Positions 10,122 through 19,981 of a DNA stretch of 64,000 nt are shown in pieces. This DNA is from a phage. Position numbers and translations under genes: made by a program. The notes under the pieces are model-generated. The model ran no database searches and was not told the origin of the DNA. It saw nothing but the letters and a program-made list of their open reading frames with translations. The stretch is taken from NCBI GenBank assembly GCA_021683455.1, contig GCA_021683455.1_3051.1. One strand, given 5' to 3'. Position 1 is the first letter of the stretch, and each line of letters begins with the position of its first letter.

Positions 10122-11630
10122 ATGGATATTAAAGTACATTTTCACGACTTCAGTCATGTACGCATCGATTGTGAAGAGAGCACGTTCCACGAATTAAGAG
10201 ATTTCTTTTCGTTTGAGGCCGATGGATATAGATTTAACCCTCGCTTCAGATATGGCAACTGGGATGGACGAATCCGTCTTTTAGATTATAATCGCCTTCT
10301 TCCATTCGGCTTAGTCGGGCAAATTAAAAAGTTCTGTGATAACTTTGGCTATAAAGCCTGGATTGACCCACAAATTAACGAAAAAGAAGAATTATCAAGA
10401 AAAGATTTTGATGAATGGCTTTCTAAATTAGAAATCTATTCAGGAAATAAAAGAATTGAACCACACTGGTATCAAAAAGATGCAGTGTTCGAAGGATTAG
10501 TTAATCGTCGTAGAATTCTTAATCTTCCAACATCTGCAGGTAAATCTTTAATTCAGGCTCTGCTTGCGCGATATTATTTGGAAAATTATGAAGGTAAAAT
10601 TCTTATCATTGTTCCAACAACTGCTCTAACAACTCAGATGGCTGATGATTTCGTTGACTATCGTTTATTCAGTCATGCAATGATAAAGAAAATCGGTGGT
10701 GGAGCATCAAAAGATGATAAATATAAAAATGATGCACCAGTCGTTGTTGGTACATGGCAAACTGTAGTAAAACAACCAAAAGAATGGTTCTCACAGTTTG
10801 GAATGATGATGAATGATGAATGTCATCTTGCTACAGGAAAAAGTATTTCATCTATCATATCAGGTTTAAATAACTGTATGTTCAAATTTGGTCTATCTGG
10901 TTCATTACGTGATGGCAAAGCCAATATCATGCAGTATGTTGGAATGTTTGGCGAAATATTTAAGCCAGTAACGACTTCTAAGTTAATGGAAGATGGACAA
11001 GTAACTGAGCTAAAAATTAATAGTATTTTTCTTCGTTATCCTGATGAGTTCACTACTAAATTAAAGGGAAAAACTTACCAAGAAGAAATAAAAATTATTA
11101 CGGGGCTTAGTAAAAGAAATAAATGGATCGCTAAATTAGCTATTAAGCTTGCGCAAAAAGATGAAAACGCTTTTGTCATGTTTAAACATGTATCGCACGG
11201 TAAAGCTATTTTCGATTTAATTAAAAATGAATACGATAAAGTTTATTACGTATCAGGGGAAGTTGATACCGAAACCCGCAATATAATGAAAACCTTAGCT
11301 GAAAATGGTAAAGGAATAATTATAGTAGCTAGTTATGGTGTATTTTCTACTGGTATTTCAGTTAAAAATCTGCATCACGTTGTTTTAGCGCACGGTGTTA
11401 AATCAAAAATCATTGTATTACAAACAATCGGTCGTGTATTACGTAAGCATGGTTCTAAGACAATAGCAACTGTCTGGGACCTCATAGATGACGCGGGCGT
11501 AGTTTCTAAATCAAAAACATCTTCTAAAAAATACTCGCATTTAAACTATCTTTTAAAACATGGACTTGATCGTATTCAGCGTTATGCTGATGAAAAGTTT
11601 AATTATGTGATGAAAGAGGTTAAACTTTGA
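10122..11630 (+). CDS. uvsW: UvsW RNA-DNA and DNA-DNA helicase
   Basis: 502-aa ORF; SF2 helicase motifs (Walker A PTSAGKS, DEAH-like MNDECH); length as in T4 UvsW. Confidence 0.9.
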   Translation: MDIKVHFHDFSHVRIDCEESTFHELRDFFSFEADGYRFNPRFRYGNWDGRIRLLDYNRLLPFGLVGQIKKFCDNFGYKAWIDPQINEKEELSRKDFDEWLSKLEIYSGNKRIEPHWYQKDAVFEGLVNRRRILNLPTSAGKSLIQALLARYYLENYEGKILIIVPTTALTTQMADDFVDYRLFSHAMIKKIGGGASKDDKYKNDAPVVVGTWQTVVKQPKEWFSQFGMMMNDECHLATGKSISSIISGLNNCMFKFGLSGSLRDGKANIMQYVGMFGEIFKPVTTSKLMEDGQVTELKINSIFLRYPDEFTTKLKGKTYQEEIKIITGLSKRNKWIAKLAIKLAQKDENAFVMFKHVSHGKAIFDLIKNEYDKVYYVSGEVDTETRNIMKTLAENGKGIIIVASYGVFSTGISVKNLHHVVLAHGVKSKIIVLQTIGRVLRKHGSKTIATVWDLIDDAGVVSKSKTSSKKYSHLNYLLKHGLDRIQRYADEKFNYVMKEVKL

Positions 11631-12319
11631 ATTATAAATTAATATATGATAATTTAATTAATAGAGCCCAGAATCGGGCTCGCCTTAATGGATACACTGA
11701 AACACATCATATAATTCCTAGATGTATGGGTGGTACAAATGATAAGTGTAATTTAGTAGAACTAACGGCTGAAGAACATTTTATAGCCCATAAACTTTTA
11801 GCTAAAATTCATCCAAACCATTACGGTATAATTAAAGCTGTTATATGTATGGGGATGAATTCAAATACTCATGAAAGACATGTTAATAAATCTTACGCAT
11901 GGGAACGTCGTAAAATGGCAGAACTTCAATCCGGCGAAGGTAATCCATTTTACGGAAAACACCATACGGAAGAACATAAACAATATATGTCAAAACTCAT
12001 GAAAAGTCGTCCAATTACATGGGGAAATAAAATTAGTAAAACTAAAAGAATGAACCCAACGAAATGGACTGAAGAAGCTAAAAGATTACATTCAATCAAT
12101 CAATCGGGTAAAAATAACGGCATGTATGGAAGGAAACATTCTGCTAAATCTATTCAGAAAATTAAAGATAACATGCCAGATAATTCAGGAGCTAATAACC
12201 CAGCTGCTAAACCTATAGAAGTAAATGGTGTTAAATATAAATGTATGAAAGATGCTTCTAAAGCTACTGGATTATCAATGTACAAACTAAGAATACTTAG
12301 AAAAACAGTTAATTTATAA
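11624..12319 (+). mobile_element. free-standing HNH homing endonuclease gene inserted between uvsW and uvsW.1
   Basis: Intergenic endonuclease ORF at a position that I recall as a direct uvsW/uvsW.1 junction in T4. Confidence 0.6.
11627..12319 (+). CDS. HNH homing endonuclease with NUMOD-like C-terminal repeats; probable TTG start
   Basis: 230-aa ORF; HNH motif HHIIPRCMGGTNDKCNLVELTAEEHFIAH; repeated GK/RKHxxE/S motifs (NPFYGKHHTEEHKQYMSK, NGMYGRKHSAKSIQKIKD); in-frame stop at 11621-11623 leaves TTG at 11627 as the only start that keeps the N-terminus; overlaps the uvsW stop TGA. Confidence 0.8.
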   Translation: MNYKLIYDNLINRAQNRARLNGYTETHHIIPRCMGGTNDKCNLVELTAEEHFIAHKLLAKIHPNHYGIIKAVICMGMNSNTHERHVNKSYAWERRKMAELQSGEGNPFYGKHHTEEHKQYMSKLMKSRPITWGNKISKTKRMNPTKWTEEAKRLHSINQSGKNNGMYGRKHSAKSIQKIKDNMPDNSGANNPAAKPIEVNGVKYKCMKDASKATGLSMYKLRILRKTVNL

Positions 12320-12331
12320 GGGCTTCGGCCC
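12320..12331 (+). terminator. stem-loop (GGGC-TTCG-GCCC) between HNH gene and uvsW.1
   Basis: GC stem with TTCG tetraloop followed by T-rich tract. Confidence 0.45.
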
Positions 12332-12332
12332 T

Positions 12333-12578
12333 TTGGAGAAAAAGATGTTACTAGAATTTAAACAATTTCTTTATGAAGCTTCTATTGATGAATTTATGGG
12401 TAAAATTGCCTCTTGTCAAACATTAGAAGGTTTAGAAGAACTTGAAGCTTATTATAAGAAAAGAGTCAAAGAAACTGAATTAAAAGATACTGATGACATC
12501 TCTGTGAGAGATGCTTTGGCAGGAAAAAGAGCTGAATTAGAAGATTCAGACGATGATGAAGTAGAAGAAAGCTTTTAA
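12333..12578 (+). CDS. uvsW.1: UvsW.1-like small acidic protein
   Basis: 81-aa ORF downstream of uvsW, acidic C-terminus; synteny. Confidence 0.6.
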   Translation: MEKKMLLEFKQFLYEASIDEFMGKIASCQTLEGLEELEAYYKKRVKETELKDTDDISVRDALAGKRAELEDSDDDEVEESF

Positions 12579-12657
12579 ATTAAAAAAGGCCCAACCGAAA
12601 AGGAAGGGCCAAAACTATAGACTAAAGGTCACACTATAGCAAAAGTTGTGTTTCATT

Positions 12658-12801
12658 TAATTGTTCTTCCGAACTTTCTGAAACTGGTAGTTCTTTAATG
12701 TAATTATAGCAAGGCCCAGGATGTACAGGACCTTTGTCTGTTTCAACAACCAATGCAGAATCGATTGGAGTTTTACAGACAACACAAATCTTATCTGACA
12801 T
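12658..12801 (-). CDS. small Cys-containing hypothetical protein (47 aa)
   Basis: ATG at 12801 preceded on minus strand by TATAAATA; sequence MSDKICVVCKTPIDSALVVETDKGPVHPGPCYNYIKELPVSESSEEQ; below the ORF-track size cutoff. Confidence 0.3.
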
Positions 12802-12826
12802 GATTGTCTCCTCTGAATTATATATC

Positions 12827-12834
12827 TATTTATA
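12827..12834 (-). promoter_or_regulatory. late promoter TATAAATA (minus strand) upstream of small ORF 12658..12801
   Basis: Reverse complement of 12827..12834 is TATAAATA, about 25 nt upstream of the ATG. Confidence 0.45.
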
Positions 12835-12924
12835 ACCCCATCTTAAAGCGCATTTCTTGTACACGCTTTAAACATGCTTCCATTTCTGCTAAAAGTCTAA
12901 ATACTTCTTTATAATTTGTCATAT

Positions 12925-13152
12925 TTACCCCATATCTCTCATATGCATATCAATGCCCATATCTTTAGAATAAAAATATTCATCAAGATATCCGGCAAAT
13001 TTTCCTTTAATATAAAGGACATCTTCACCACACGGGTGGTCGGCCAGGATACGAATATCCTGACGCTTAAGATTATGCTTTTTCATTAAGAATTGAATTT
13101 CCGTTTCAAATTCTTCTTCATAATTAAAAGCATCATCAATGCTATATCTCAT
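12925..13152 (-). CDS. hypothetical protein (uvsY.-1 position)
   Basis: 75-aa ORF, start overlaps uvsY stop region; synteny. Confidence 0.5.
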   Translation of the reverse strand: MRYSIDDAFNYEEEFETEIQFLMKKHNLKRQDIRILADHPCGEDVLYIKGKFAGYLDEYFYSKDMGIDMHMRDMG

Positions 13153-13565
13153 TATTTTCCAGCCTCAAATGCTCGCATGTCTTGAATATGCTTAATAGCA
13201 AATCCACGTGATTTAATAGCATCAAGAGCTCCGCTACAGAAATCCAATAAAATCCCCCAATATTGTAACGAGGTATCAACCTTTAAAACATCCTTATCAG
13301 CTGATAGAACTGTTTTCATTTCTGATTTCTCGTAACGATCCATACTAAATTCATCACCATCTCCTCGTCCCGAGTAGTAATCTAATTTAGCTTTAAGAGC
13401 AACTTTTTTCTGTGCTTCAATTCTAAGCATTTCCTTTTTAATACTTGAATGCTTATTAAGCCATTTACTATATAACATCACATTATTAGCTGCTTCATAC
13501 TGTAATTTAGTCGAATCTATAAACACATCTTTCTTCAATTCTTCTTGAAGATCTTCTAATCTCAT
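13152..13565 (-). CDS. uvsY: UvsY recombination mediator protein
   Basis: 137-aa ORF, length and sequence character of T4 UvsY; preceded by MotA-box middle promoter. Confidence 0.9.
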   Translation of the reverse strand: MRLEDLQEELKKDVFIDSTKLQYEAANNVMLYSKWLNKHSSIKKEMLRIEAQKKVALKAKLDYYSGRGDGDEFSMDRYEKSEMKTVLSADKDVLKVDTSLQYWGILLDFCSGALDAIKSRGFAIKHIQDMRAFEAGK

Positions 13566-13605
13566 ATTGTTCTCTATTCAATTGTTATTGGATGGACTTA
13601 GATTC

Positions 13606-13631
13606 ATTATACCACGTTTTAACGTGAAGCA
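13606..13631 (-). promoter_or_regulatory. MotA-dependent middle promoter of uvsY (MotA box TGCTTCA plus TATAAT)
   Basis: Minus-strand sequence TGCTTCA-N13-TATAAT upstream of the uvsY ATG; matches the T4 middle promoter architecture. Confidence 0.55.
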
Positions 13632-14030
13632 TTATACCCTATTACTGGAAGCCAGTTGCAGTTTTATCTGCTCAATATCATCAGGGTTATCGATGACTGA
13701 AAAGCGTATTTCTACTATCAGAGTATAATCATCATAAACGGGTATCACATTAACTGCTAATTTATCAATACGTGGCTCATAGTTTCTTACTGCGCTTTCA
13801 ATGTTACGCTCAACCGTGTCAGCAGTAAGAGGAGTCATATTCTCAAAAAGTTGGTCAGATAAATCACATCCAAATTCAGGGTCAAACGGTCTTGAACCTT
13901 TTCTTGTTGTAATAATTCCTAAAAGACTATTTTTAATTGACCTTAATCCAAGTGATCTTGAAACGTCTTTGTTCCAATCCATTTTCATCTCTGGGTCAAT
14001 ATCAGAATAAAGCTTATTAATATTTGCCAT
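13632..14030 (-). CDS. 25: baseplate wedge protein gp25
   Basis: 132-aa ORF; size and synteny (25-26 divergent from 51) as in T4. Confidence 0.85.
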   Translation of the reverse strand: MANINKLYSDIDPEMKMDWNKDVSRSLGLRSIKNSLLGIITTRKGSRPFDPEFGCDLSDQLFENMTPLTADTVERNIESAVRNYEPRIDKLAVNVIPVYDDYTLIVEIRFSVIDNPDDIEQIKLQLASSNRV

Positions 14031-14656
14031 TACAATAGCTCAAAGAATTCTTTGAGTCCTCTTATTACATGAGCGTGAGTTTTTCCACACTCTGGACATT
14101 TAATTGGAACAGCCAAATAAACAGTAGGCTTTAAAAGCATATCTTTTATAGCTACAATATCTGACTCTGTGATGATAGAATATAAATCTTCCAATTCTTT
14201 TTCATTTAAGTCTTCAACTGGAATGCTTTCCCCGTTAGCGTGAATCGTTTCTATACATGATACTATCATGTGGGCTATATTTTTATCATCAAAAATTTTA
14301 GGGTAATGGAATTTAATTTTAATGTCACCCAGTGTATACCAGAGGTCTTCTGGTGCATCTATTTGTGTATGTAATAGATTTATATGGGTTGGTATTTCAG
14401 TTCCACAGGTGCACTTCCAGGAGTTTTCGTGATTAACTTCACCAAGAGAATGTGCCCATAAATGAATCAATAATAGTTCTGATTCTTGGCGGTTTAAATC
14501 TTTTGCATTTGTACAGTCTTTGATTAGCTTTTTAACAATTGCTTCTACAGAACCATTATTTTTGGCAGTAATAAGTTCTAGATATTCTTTAAGCGTGAAT
14601 GCGCGACAATTGATTATTTTAGAACCAACTCTCACATCAAATTTGTATTCATACAT
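14030..14656 (-). CDS. 26: baseplate hub protein gp26
   Basis: 208-aa ORF, ATGA-type overlap with gene 25; synteny. Confidence 0.8.
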   Translation of the reverse strand: MYEYKFDVRVGSKIINCRAFTLKEYLELITAKNNGSVEAIVKKLIKDCTNAKDLNRQESELLLIHLWAHSLGEVNHENSWKCTCGTEIPTHINLLHTQIDAPEDLWYTLGDIKIKFHYPKIFDDKNIAHMIVSCIETIHANGESIPVEDLNEKELEDLYSIITESDIVAIKDMLLKPTVYLAVPIKCPECGKTHAHVIRGLKEFFELL

Positions 14657-14677
14657 ATTTAGCTCCTTTATTTATCA

Positions 14678-14689
14678 TATTTATAAATA
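14678..14689. promoter_or_regulatory. overlapping divergent late promoters (palindromic TATTTATAAATA) for genes 26 (minus) and 51 (plus)
   Basis: TATAAATA on plus strand at 14682..14689 and on minus strand at 14678..14685, in the 50-bp gap between divergent late genes. Confidence 0.6.
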
Positions 14690-14706
14690 GAATAAAAGGA
14701 GCATCT

Positions 14707-15459
14707 ATGGCAAACATTATTCGTTGTAAATTACCAGATGGTGTTCATCGTTTTAAACCATTTACGGTAGAAGATTATCGAGATTTTTTGTTAGTTCGAA
14801 ACGATATAGAACATCGGTCACCACAAGAACAAAAAGAAGTAATTGCTGATTTAATTGCTGATTATTTTGGAGACTATCCAAAGACTTGGCAACCATTTAT
14901 ATTTTTGCAGGTATTTGTAGGTTCAATAGGTAAAACTAAAGTACCAGTCACATTTGTATGTCCAAAATGTAAAAAAGAAAAGACAATTCCATTTGAAATA
15001 TATCAAAAAGAATTAAAGGAACCTATTTTTGATGTAGCTAATGTTAAAATTAAATTAAATTTTCCTTCTGAGTTTTATGAAAATAAAGCAAAGATGATTA
15101 CTGAAAATATTCATTCTGTTCAAGTAGATGAAATGTGGTATGATTGGAAGGAAATTAGTGAATCAAGTCAAATAGAACTTGTTGACGCCATCGAGATAGA
15201 AACATTAGAAAAAATTCTCGATGCAATGAATCCTATTAATTTAACATTGCACATGTCGTGTTGTGATAAGTACATTAAAAAATACACTGATATAGTAGAT
15301 GTGTTTAAGCTATTAGTTAATCCAGATGAGATATTTACTTTTTATCAAATTAATCACACGCTTGTAAAAAGTAATTATAGCTTAAATTCAATAATGAAAA
15401 TGATTCCTGCCGAGCGCGGATTCGTATTAAAACTGATTGAGAAGGATAAACATCAATGA
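14707..15459 (+). CDS. 51: baseplate hub assembly catalyst gp51
   Basis: 250-aa ORF; size and position as T4 gp51. Confidence 0.8.
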   Translation: MANIIRCKLPDGVHRFKPFTVEDYRDFLLVRNDIEHRSPQEQKEVIADLIADYFGDYPKTWQPFIFLQVFVGSIGKTKVPVTFVCPKCKKEKTIPFEIYQKELKEPIFDVANVKIKLNFPSEFYENKAKMITENIHSVQVDEMWYDWKEISESSQIELVDAIEIETLEKILDAMNPINLTLHMSCCDKYIKKYTDIVDVFKLLVNPDEIFTFYQINHTLVKSNYSLNSIMKMIPAERGFVLKLIEKDKHQ

Positions 15460-16628
15460 GTATGTTACAACGTCCTGGATATCCAAATCTCAGCGTTAAA
15501 TTATTTGAGAGTTATGACGCTTGGAGTAATAATAGATTTGTTGAATTAGCTGCTACTATTACCACATTAACTATGCGTGACTCTCTTTATGGTCGAAATG
15601 AAGGAATGCTGCAGTTTTATGATTCTAAAAACATCCATACAAAAATGGATGGAAATGAAATAATTCAGATTTCTGTAGCTAATGCAAACGATATTAATAA
15701 TGTTAAAACACGAATTTATGGATGCAAGCATTTTTCCGTGTCAGTAGATTCAAAAGGCGATAACATCATTGCTATTGAATTGGGAACTATTCATTCTATA
15801 GAAAATCTTAAATTTGGTAGACCATTTTTCCCTGATGCCGGTGAATCTATAAAGGAAATGCTTGGCGTAATTTATCAAGATCGTACATTATTAACTCCAG
15901 CGATAAATGCTATTAATGCTTATGTTCCTGATATTCCATGGACTAGCACATTTGAAAACTATTTGTCATATGTAAGAGAAGTTGCTCTAGCGGTAGGAAG
16001 CGATAAGTTCGTATTTGTATGGCAAGACATCATGGGAGTTAACATGATGGACTATGATATGATGATAAATCAAGAACCATATCCAATGATTGTAGGTGAG
16101 CCAACTTTAATAGGTCAATTCGTCCAAGAATTGAAATATCCATTAGCATATGATTTTGTTTGGTTGACTAAATCAAACCCGCATAAACGCGATCCAATGA
16201 AAAATGCTACTATCTATGCTCATTCATTTTTAGATTCTTCATTACCAATGATTACTACAGGAAAGGGTGAAAACTCTATTGTAGTGTCAAGGTCAGGTGC
16301 TTATTCTGAAATGACTTATAGAAATGGATATGAAGAAGCTATTCGTCTTCAGACTATGGCGCAGTATGATGGTTACGCTAAATGTTCTACTGTCGGTAAT
16401 TTTAACTTGACTCCCGGCGTTAAAATTATTTTTAATGATAGTAAAAACCAATTTAAAACAGAATTTTACGTTGATGAAGTTATTCACGAATTATCAAATA
16501 ATAATTCCGTAACTCATCTTTATATGTTCACTAATGCAACGAAACTGGAAACAATCGACCCAGTTAAGGTTAAAAATGAATTTAAAACTGATACTACCAC
16601 TGAAGAAAGTAGTTCTTCCGATAAGTAA
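15456..16628 (+). CDS. 27: baseplate hub protein gp27
   Basis: 390-aa ORF, ATGA overlap with gene 51. Confidence 0.9.
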   Translation: MSMLQRPGYPNLSVKLFESYDAWSNNRFVELAATITTLTMRDSLYGRNEGMLQFYDSKNIHTKMDGNEIIQISVANANDINNVKTRIYGCKHFSVSVDSKGDNIIAIELGTIHSIENLKFGRPFFPDAGESIKEMLGVIYQDRTLLTPAINAINAYVPDIPWTSTFENYLSYVREVALAVGSDKFVFVWQDIMGVNMMDYDMMINQEPYPMIVGEPTLIGQFVQELKYPLAYDFVWLTKSNPHKRDPMKNATIYAHSFLDSSLPMITTGKGENSIVVSRSGAYSEMTYRNGYEEAIRLQTMAQYDGYAKCSTVGNFNLTPGVKIIFNDSKNQFKTEFYVDEVIHELSNNNSVTHLYMFTNATKLETIDPVKVKNEFKTDTTTEESSSSDK

Positions 16629-17109
16629 TAAAGAAGTTTCTATTCCTAAAATGGGTCTTAAACATTATAACATTTTAAAAGATGTTAAAGGTCCTGATGA
16701 AAATTTAAAACTTCTTATTGATTCTATTTGTCCGAATTTATCACCGGCAGAAGTTGATTTCGTTTCCATTCATTTGCTAGAATTTAATGGAAAGATTAAA
16801 TCTCGTAAAGAAATAGATGGTTATACTTATGATATTAATGACGTTTATGTATGCCAAAGATTGGAATTTCAATACCAAGGAAATACATTTTATTTTAGAC
16901 CTCCTGGAAAATTTGAACAATTTTTAACTGTAAGCGATATGTTATCCAAATGCTTGCTTAAGGTCAATGATGAAGTTAAAGAAATTAATTTTCTTGAGAT
17001 GCCAGCATTTGTTTTAAAATGGGCAAATGATATTTCTACAACTTTAGCAATTCCTGGCCCTAATGGTCCAATAACCGGAATTGGCAATATTATTGGATTA
17101 TTTGAATGA
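16576..17109 (+). CDS. 28: baseplate hub distal subunit gp28
   Basis: ORF-track ORF 16534..17109; internal ATG at 16576 gives 177 aa (T4 gp28 length as I recall); overlaps 3-prime end of gene 27. Confidence 0.75.
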   Translation: MNLKLILPLKKVVLPISNKEVSIPKMGLKHYNILKDVKGPDENLKLLIDSICPNLSPAEVDFVSIHLLEFNGKIKSRKEIDGYTYDINDVYVCQRLEFQYQGNTFYFRPPGKFEQFLTVSDMLSKCLLKVNDEVKEINFLEMPAFVLKWANDISTTLAIPGPNGPITGIGNIIGLFE

Positions 17110-18878
17110 AAAAGCCACAAGAAATGCAAACGATGCGTAGAAAAGTTATTTCAGATAATAAACCAACACAGGACGCGGCTAAATCCGCTTCTAATACTTT
17201 ATCTGGTCTTAATGACATTTCTACAAAATTAGATGATGCTCAAGCTGCTTCTGAATTAATAGCTCAGACTGTTGAAGAAAAATCAAATGAAATAGTTGGA
17301 GCAATTGATAACGTTGAAAGCGCAGTAAGTGATACTACTGCCGGTTCTGAGTTAATTGCTGAAACTGTTGAAATTGGAAACAATATTAATAAAGAAATCG
17401 GTGAATCGCTCGGAAGCAAATTAGATAAATTAACAAGTTTACTGGAACAAAAAATTCAGACAGCTGGAATTCAGCAAACTGGAACGAGTTTAGCAGTAGT
17501 CGAAAATGCTATTCCTGTTAAAGTCGTCGAGGATGATACAGCTGAATCTGTGGGTCCTTTATTACCGGCTCCTGAAGCAGTTAATAATGATCCTGATGCT
17601 GATTTTTTCCCTACCCCTCAGCCAATTGAACCAAAACAAGAGTCTCCAGAAGAGAAGCAAAAAAGAGACGCATTTAACTTAAAAATATCTAATGCATTAG
17701 ATAAATTAACAAAGACAGTTGATTTCGGATTTAAGAAATCTATTTCAATTACTGATAAAATATCTAGTATGCTATTTAAGTATACCGTCAGTGCTGCTAT
17801 TGAAGCTGCTAAAATGGTTGCATTGATAATGGCTGTTGTTATTGGAATAGACCTGCTGATGGTTCATTTTAAATACTGGTCAGATAAATTTTCAAAAGCC
17901 TGGGATTTATTTGGTACTGATTTTACTAAATTCTCTAGCGAAACCGGAACATGGGGTCCTTTATTACAAAGCATCTTTGATTCTATTGATAAAATTAAAC
18001 AACTTTGGGAAGCTGGAGATTGGGGCGGATTAACAGCAGCTATTGTTGAAGGGCTTGGAAGTGTTCTTTATAATTTAGGAGAGCTTATTCAATTAGGTAT
18101 GGCTAAATTATCTGCAGCAATTCTTCGAGTTATTCCTGGCATGAAGGATACTGCTGATGAAGTAGAAGGAAGAGCATTAGAAAATTTTCAAAATTCTACT
18201 GGAGCATCTCTTAATAAAGAAGACCAAGAAAAAGTAGCAAATTATCAAGATAAACGAATGAATGATGATCTTGGCCCAATAGCAAAAGGATTAGACAAAA
18301 TTGCGAATTGGAAAACTCGTGCATCTAACTGGATTCGTGGTGTAGATAATAAAGAAGCATTGACTACTGACGAAGAACGTGCAGCAGAAGAAGAAAAATT
18401 AAAACAACTTTCACCGGAAGAAAGAAAAAATGCTTTAATGAAAGCTAATGAAGCTCGTGCTGCGATGATTCGTTTTGAAAAATACGCTGATTCAGCTGAT
18501 ATGAGCAAAGACTCAACGGTTAAATCAGTTGAATCTGCCTATGAAGACCTTAAAAAACGGATGGATGACCCGGATTTAAATAATTCACCGGCGGTTAAAA
18601 AAGAACTTGCTGCTAGATTTTCTAAAATTGATGCTACTTATCAAGAGCTCAAGAAAAATCAGCCTAATGCCAAACCTGAAACTTCTGCTAAATCGCCAGA
18701 AGCGAAACAGGTCCAGGTGATTGAAAAGAACAAAGCACAACAAGCTCCTGTTCAACAAGCATCTCCTTCAATCAATAATACTAATAATGTTATTAAGAAA
18801 AATACTGTCGTTCATAATATGACACCTGTCACAAGCACAACTGCTCCTGGTGTATTTGGTGCGACGGGAGTTAATTAA
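17106..18878 (+). CDS. 29: baseplate hub / tail length determinator gp29
   Basis: 590-aa ORF, ATGA overlap with gene 28; size as T4 gp29. Confidence 0.9.
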   Translation: MKKPQEMQTMRRKVISDNKPTQDAAKSASNTLSGLNDISTKLDDAQAASELIAQTVEEKSNEIVGAIDNVESAVSDTTAGSELIAETVEIGNNINKEIGESLGSKLDKLTSLLEQKIQTAGIQQTGTSLAVVENAIPVKVVEDDTAESVGPLLPAPEAVNNDPDADFFPTPQPIEPKQESPEEKQKRDAFNLKISNALDKLTKTVDFGFKKSISITDKISSMLFKYTVSAAIEAAKMVALIMAVVIGIDLLMVHFKYWSDKFSKAWDLFGTDFTKFSSETGTWGPLLQSIFDSIDKIKQLWEAGDWGGLTAAIVEGLGSVLYNLGELIQLGMAKLSAAILRVIPGMKDTADEVEGRALENFQNSTGASLNKEDQEKVANYQDKRMNDDLGPIAKGLDKIANWKTRASNWIRGVDNKEALTTDEERAAEEEKLKQLSPEERKNALMKANEARAAMIRFEKYADSADMSKDSTVKSVESAYEDLKKRMDDPDLNNSPAVKKELAARFSKIDATYQELKKNQPNAKPETSAKSPEAKQVQVIEKNKAQQAPVQQASPSINNTNNVIKKNTVVHNMTPVTSTTAPGVFGATGVN

Positions 18879-18886
18879 GGAATAAT

Positions 18887-19981
18887 ATGGCAATTGTTAA
18901 AGAAATAACTGCTGATTTAATTAAAAAGTCCGGTGAAACAATTTCAGCCGGACAGAGTACTAAATCAGAAGTAGGAACTAAAACATACACAGCCCAGTTT
19001 CCAACTGGGCGTGCTAGTGGTAATGACACTACAGGGGACTTCCAGGTAACAGATCTATATAAGAATGGATTATTATTTACTGCATACAATATGTCATCTA
19101 GGGATTCTGGAAGTCTTAGAACGATGAGATCTAACTACTCTTCTTCATCTTCGAGTATTTTACGTACAGCCAGAAACACTATCAGTAATACAGTATCAAA
19201 ACTATCAAATGGACTAATATCAGATAATAATTCAGGAACAATAAGTAAAGTTCCTGTTGCAAATATTCTTTTACCTAGATCTAAATCTGACGTCGATACG
19301 TCATCACATAGATTTAATGATGTTCAAGATAGTCTTATTACAAAAGGCGGAGGTACTGCTACTGGTGTGCTAAGTAATATGGCTTCAACTGCAGTATTTG
19401 GTGCGCTTGAAAGTATAACACAAGGAATAATGGCTGATAATAATGAACAGATCTATACAACAGCTAGAAGTATGTATGGCGGTGCTGAAAATAGAACAAA
19501 AGTGTTCACCTGGGATTTGACTCCACGCTCAACAGAAGATTTAATGGCTATTATTAATATCTATCAGTATTTTAACTATTTTTCTTACGGTGAAACTGGT
19601 AAATCTCAATATGCTGCTGAAATAAAAGGATATTTAGATGAGTGGTATCGTTCTACATTTATTGAACCATTAACGCCAGAAGACGCGATTAAAAACAAGA
19701 CGTTATTTGAAAAAATGACATCGAGTTTAACGAACGTTCTTGTAGTTTCAAACCCGACAATTTGGATGGTGAAAAACTTTGGTGCAACTTCTAAATTTGA
19801 TGGAAAGACTGAAGTATTCGGTCCATGCCAAATACAGAGTATTAGATTTGATAAAACACCAAATGGTAACTTTAATGGATTAGCTATTGCTCCTAACCTT
19901 CCAAGTTCTTTTACACTCGAGATTACTATGAGAGAGATTATTACGTTAAACCGTGCTTCTTTATATACGGGGACTTTCTAA
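18887..19981 (+). CDS. 48: baseplate tail tube cap gp48
   Basis: 364-aa ORF; size and synteny. Confidence 0.9.
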   Translation: MAIVKEITADLIKKSGETISAGQSTKSEVGTKTYTAQFPTGRASGNDTTGDFQVTDLYKNGLLFTAYNMSSRDSGSLRTMRSNYSSSSSSILRTARNTISNTVSKLSNGLISDNNSGTISKVPVANILLPRSKSDVDTSSHRFNDVQDSLITKGGGTATGVLSNMASTAVFGALESITQGIMADNNEQIYTTARSMYGGAENRTKVFTWDLTPRSTEDLMAIINIYQYFNYFSYGETGKSQYAAEIKGYLDEWYRSTFIEPLTPEDAIKNKTLFEKMTSSLTNVLVVSNPTIWMVKNFGATSKFDGKTEVFGPCQIQSIRFDKTPNGNFNGLAIAPNLPSSFTLEITMREIITLNRASLYTGTF

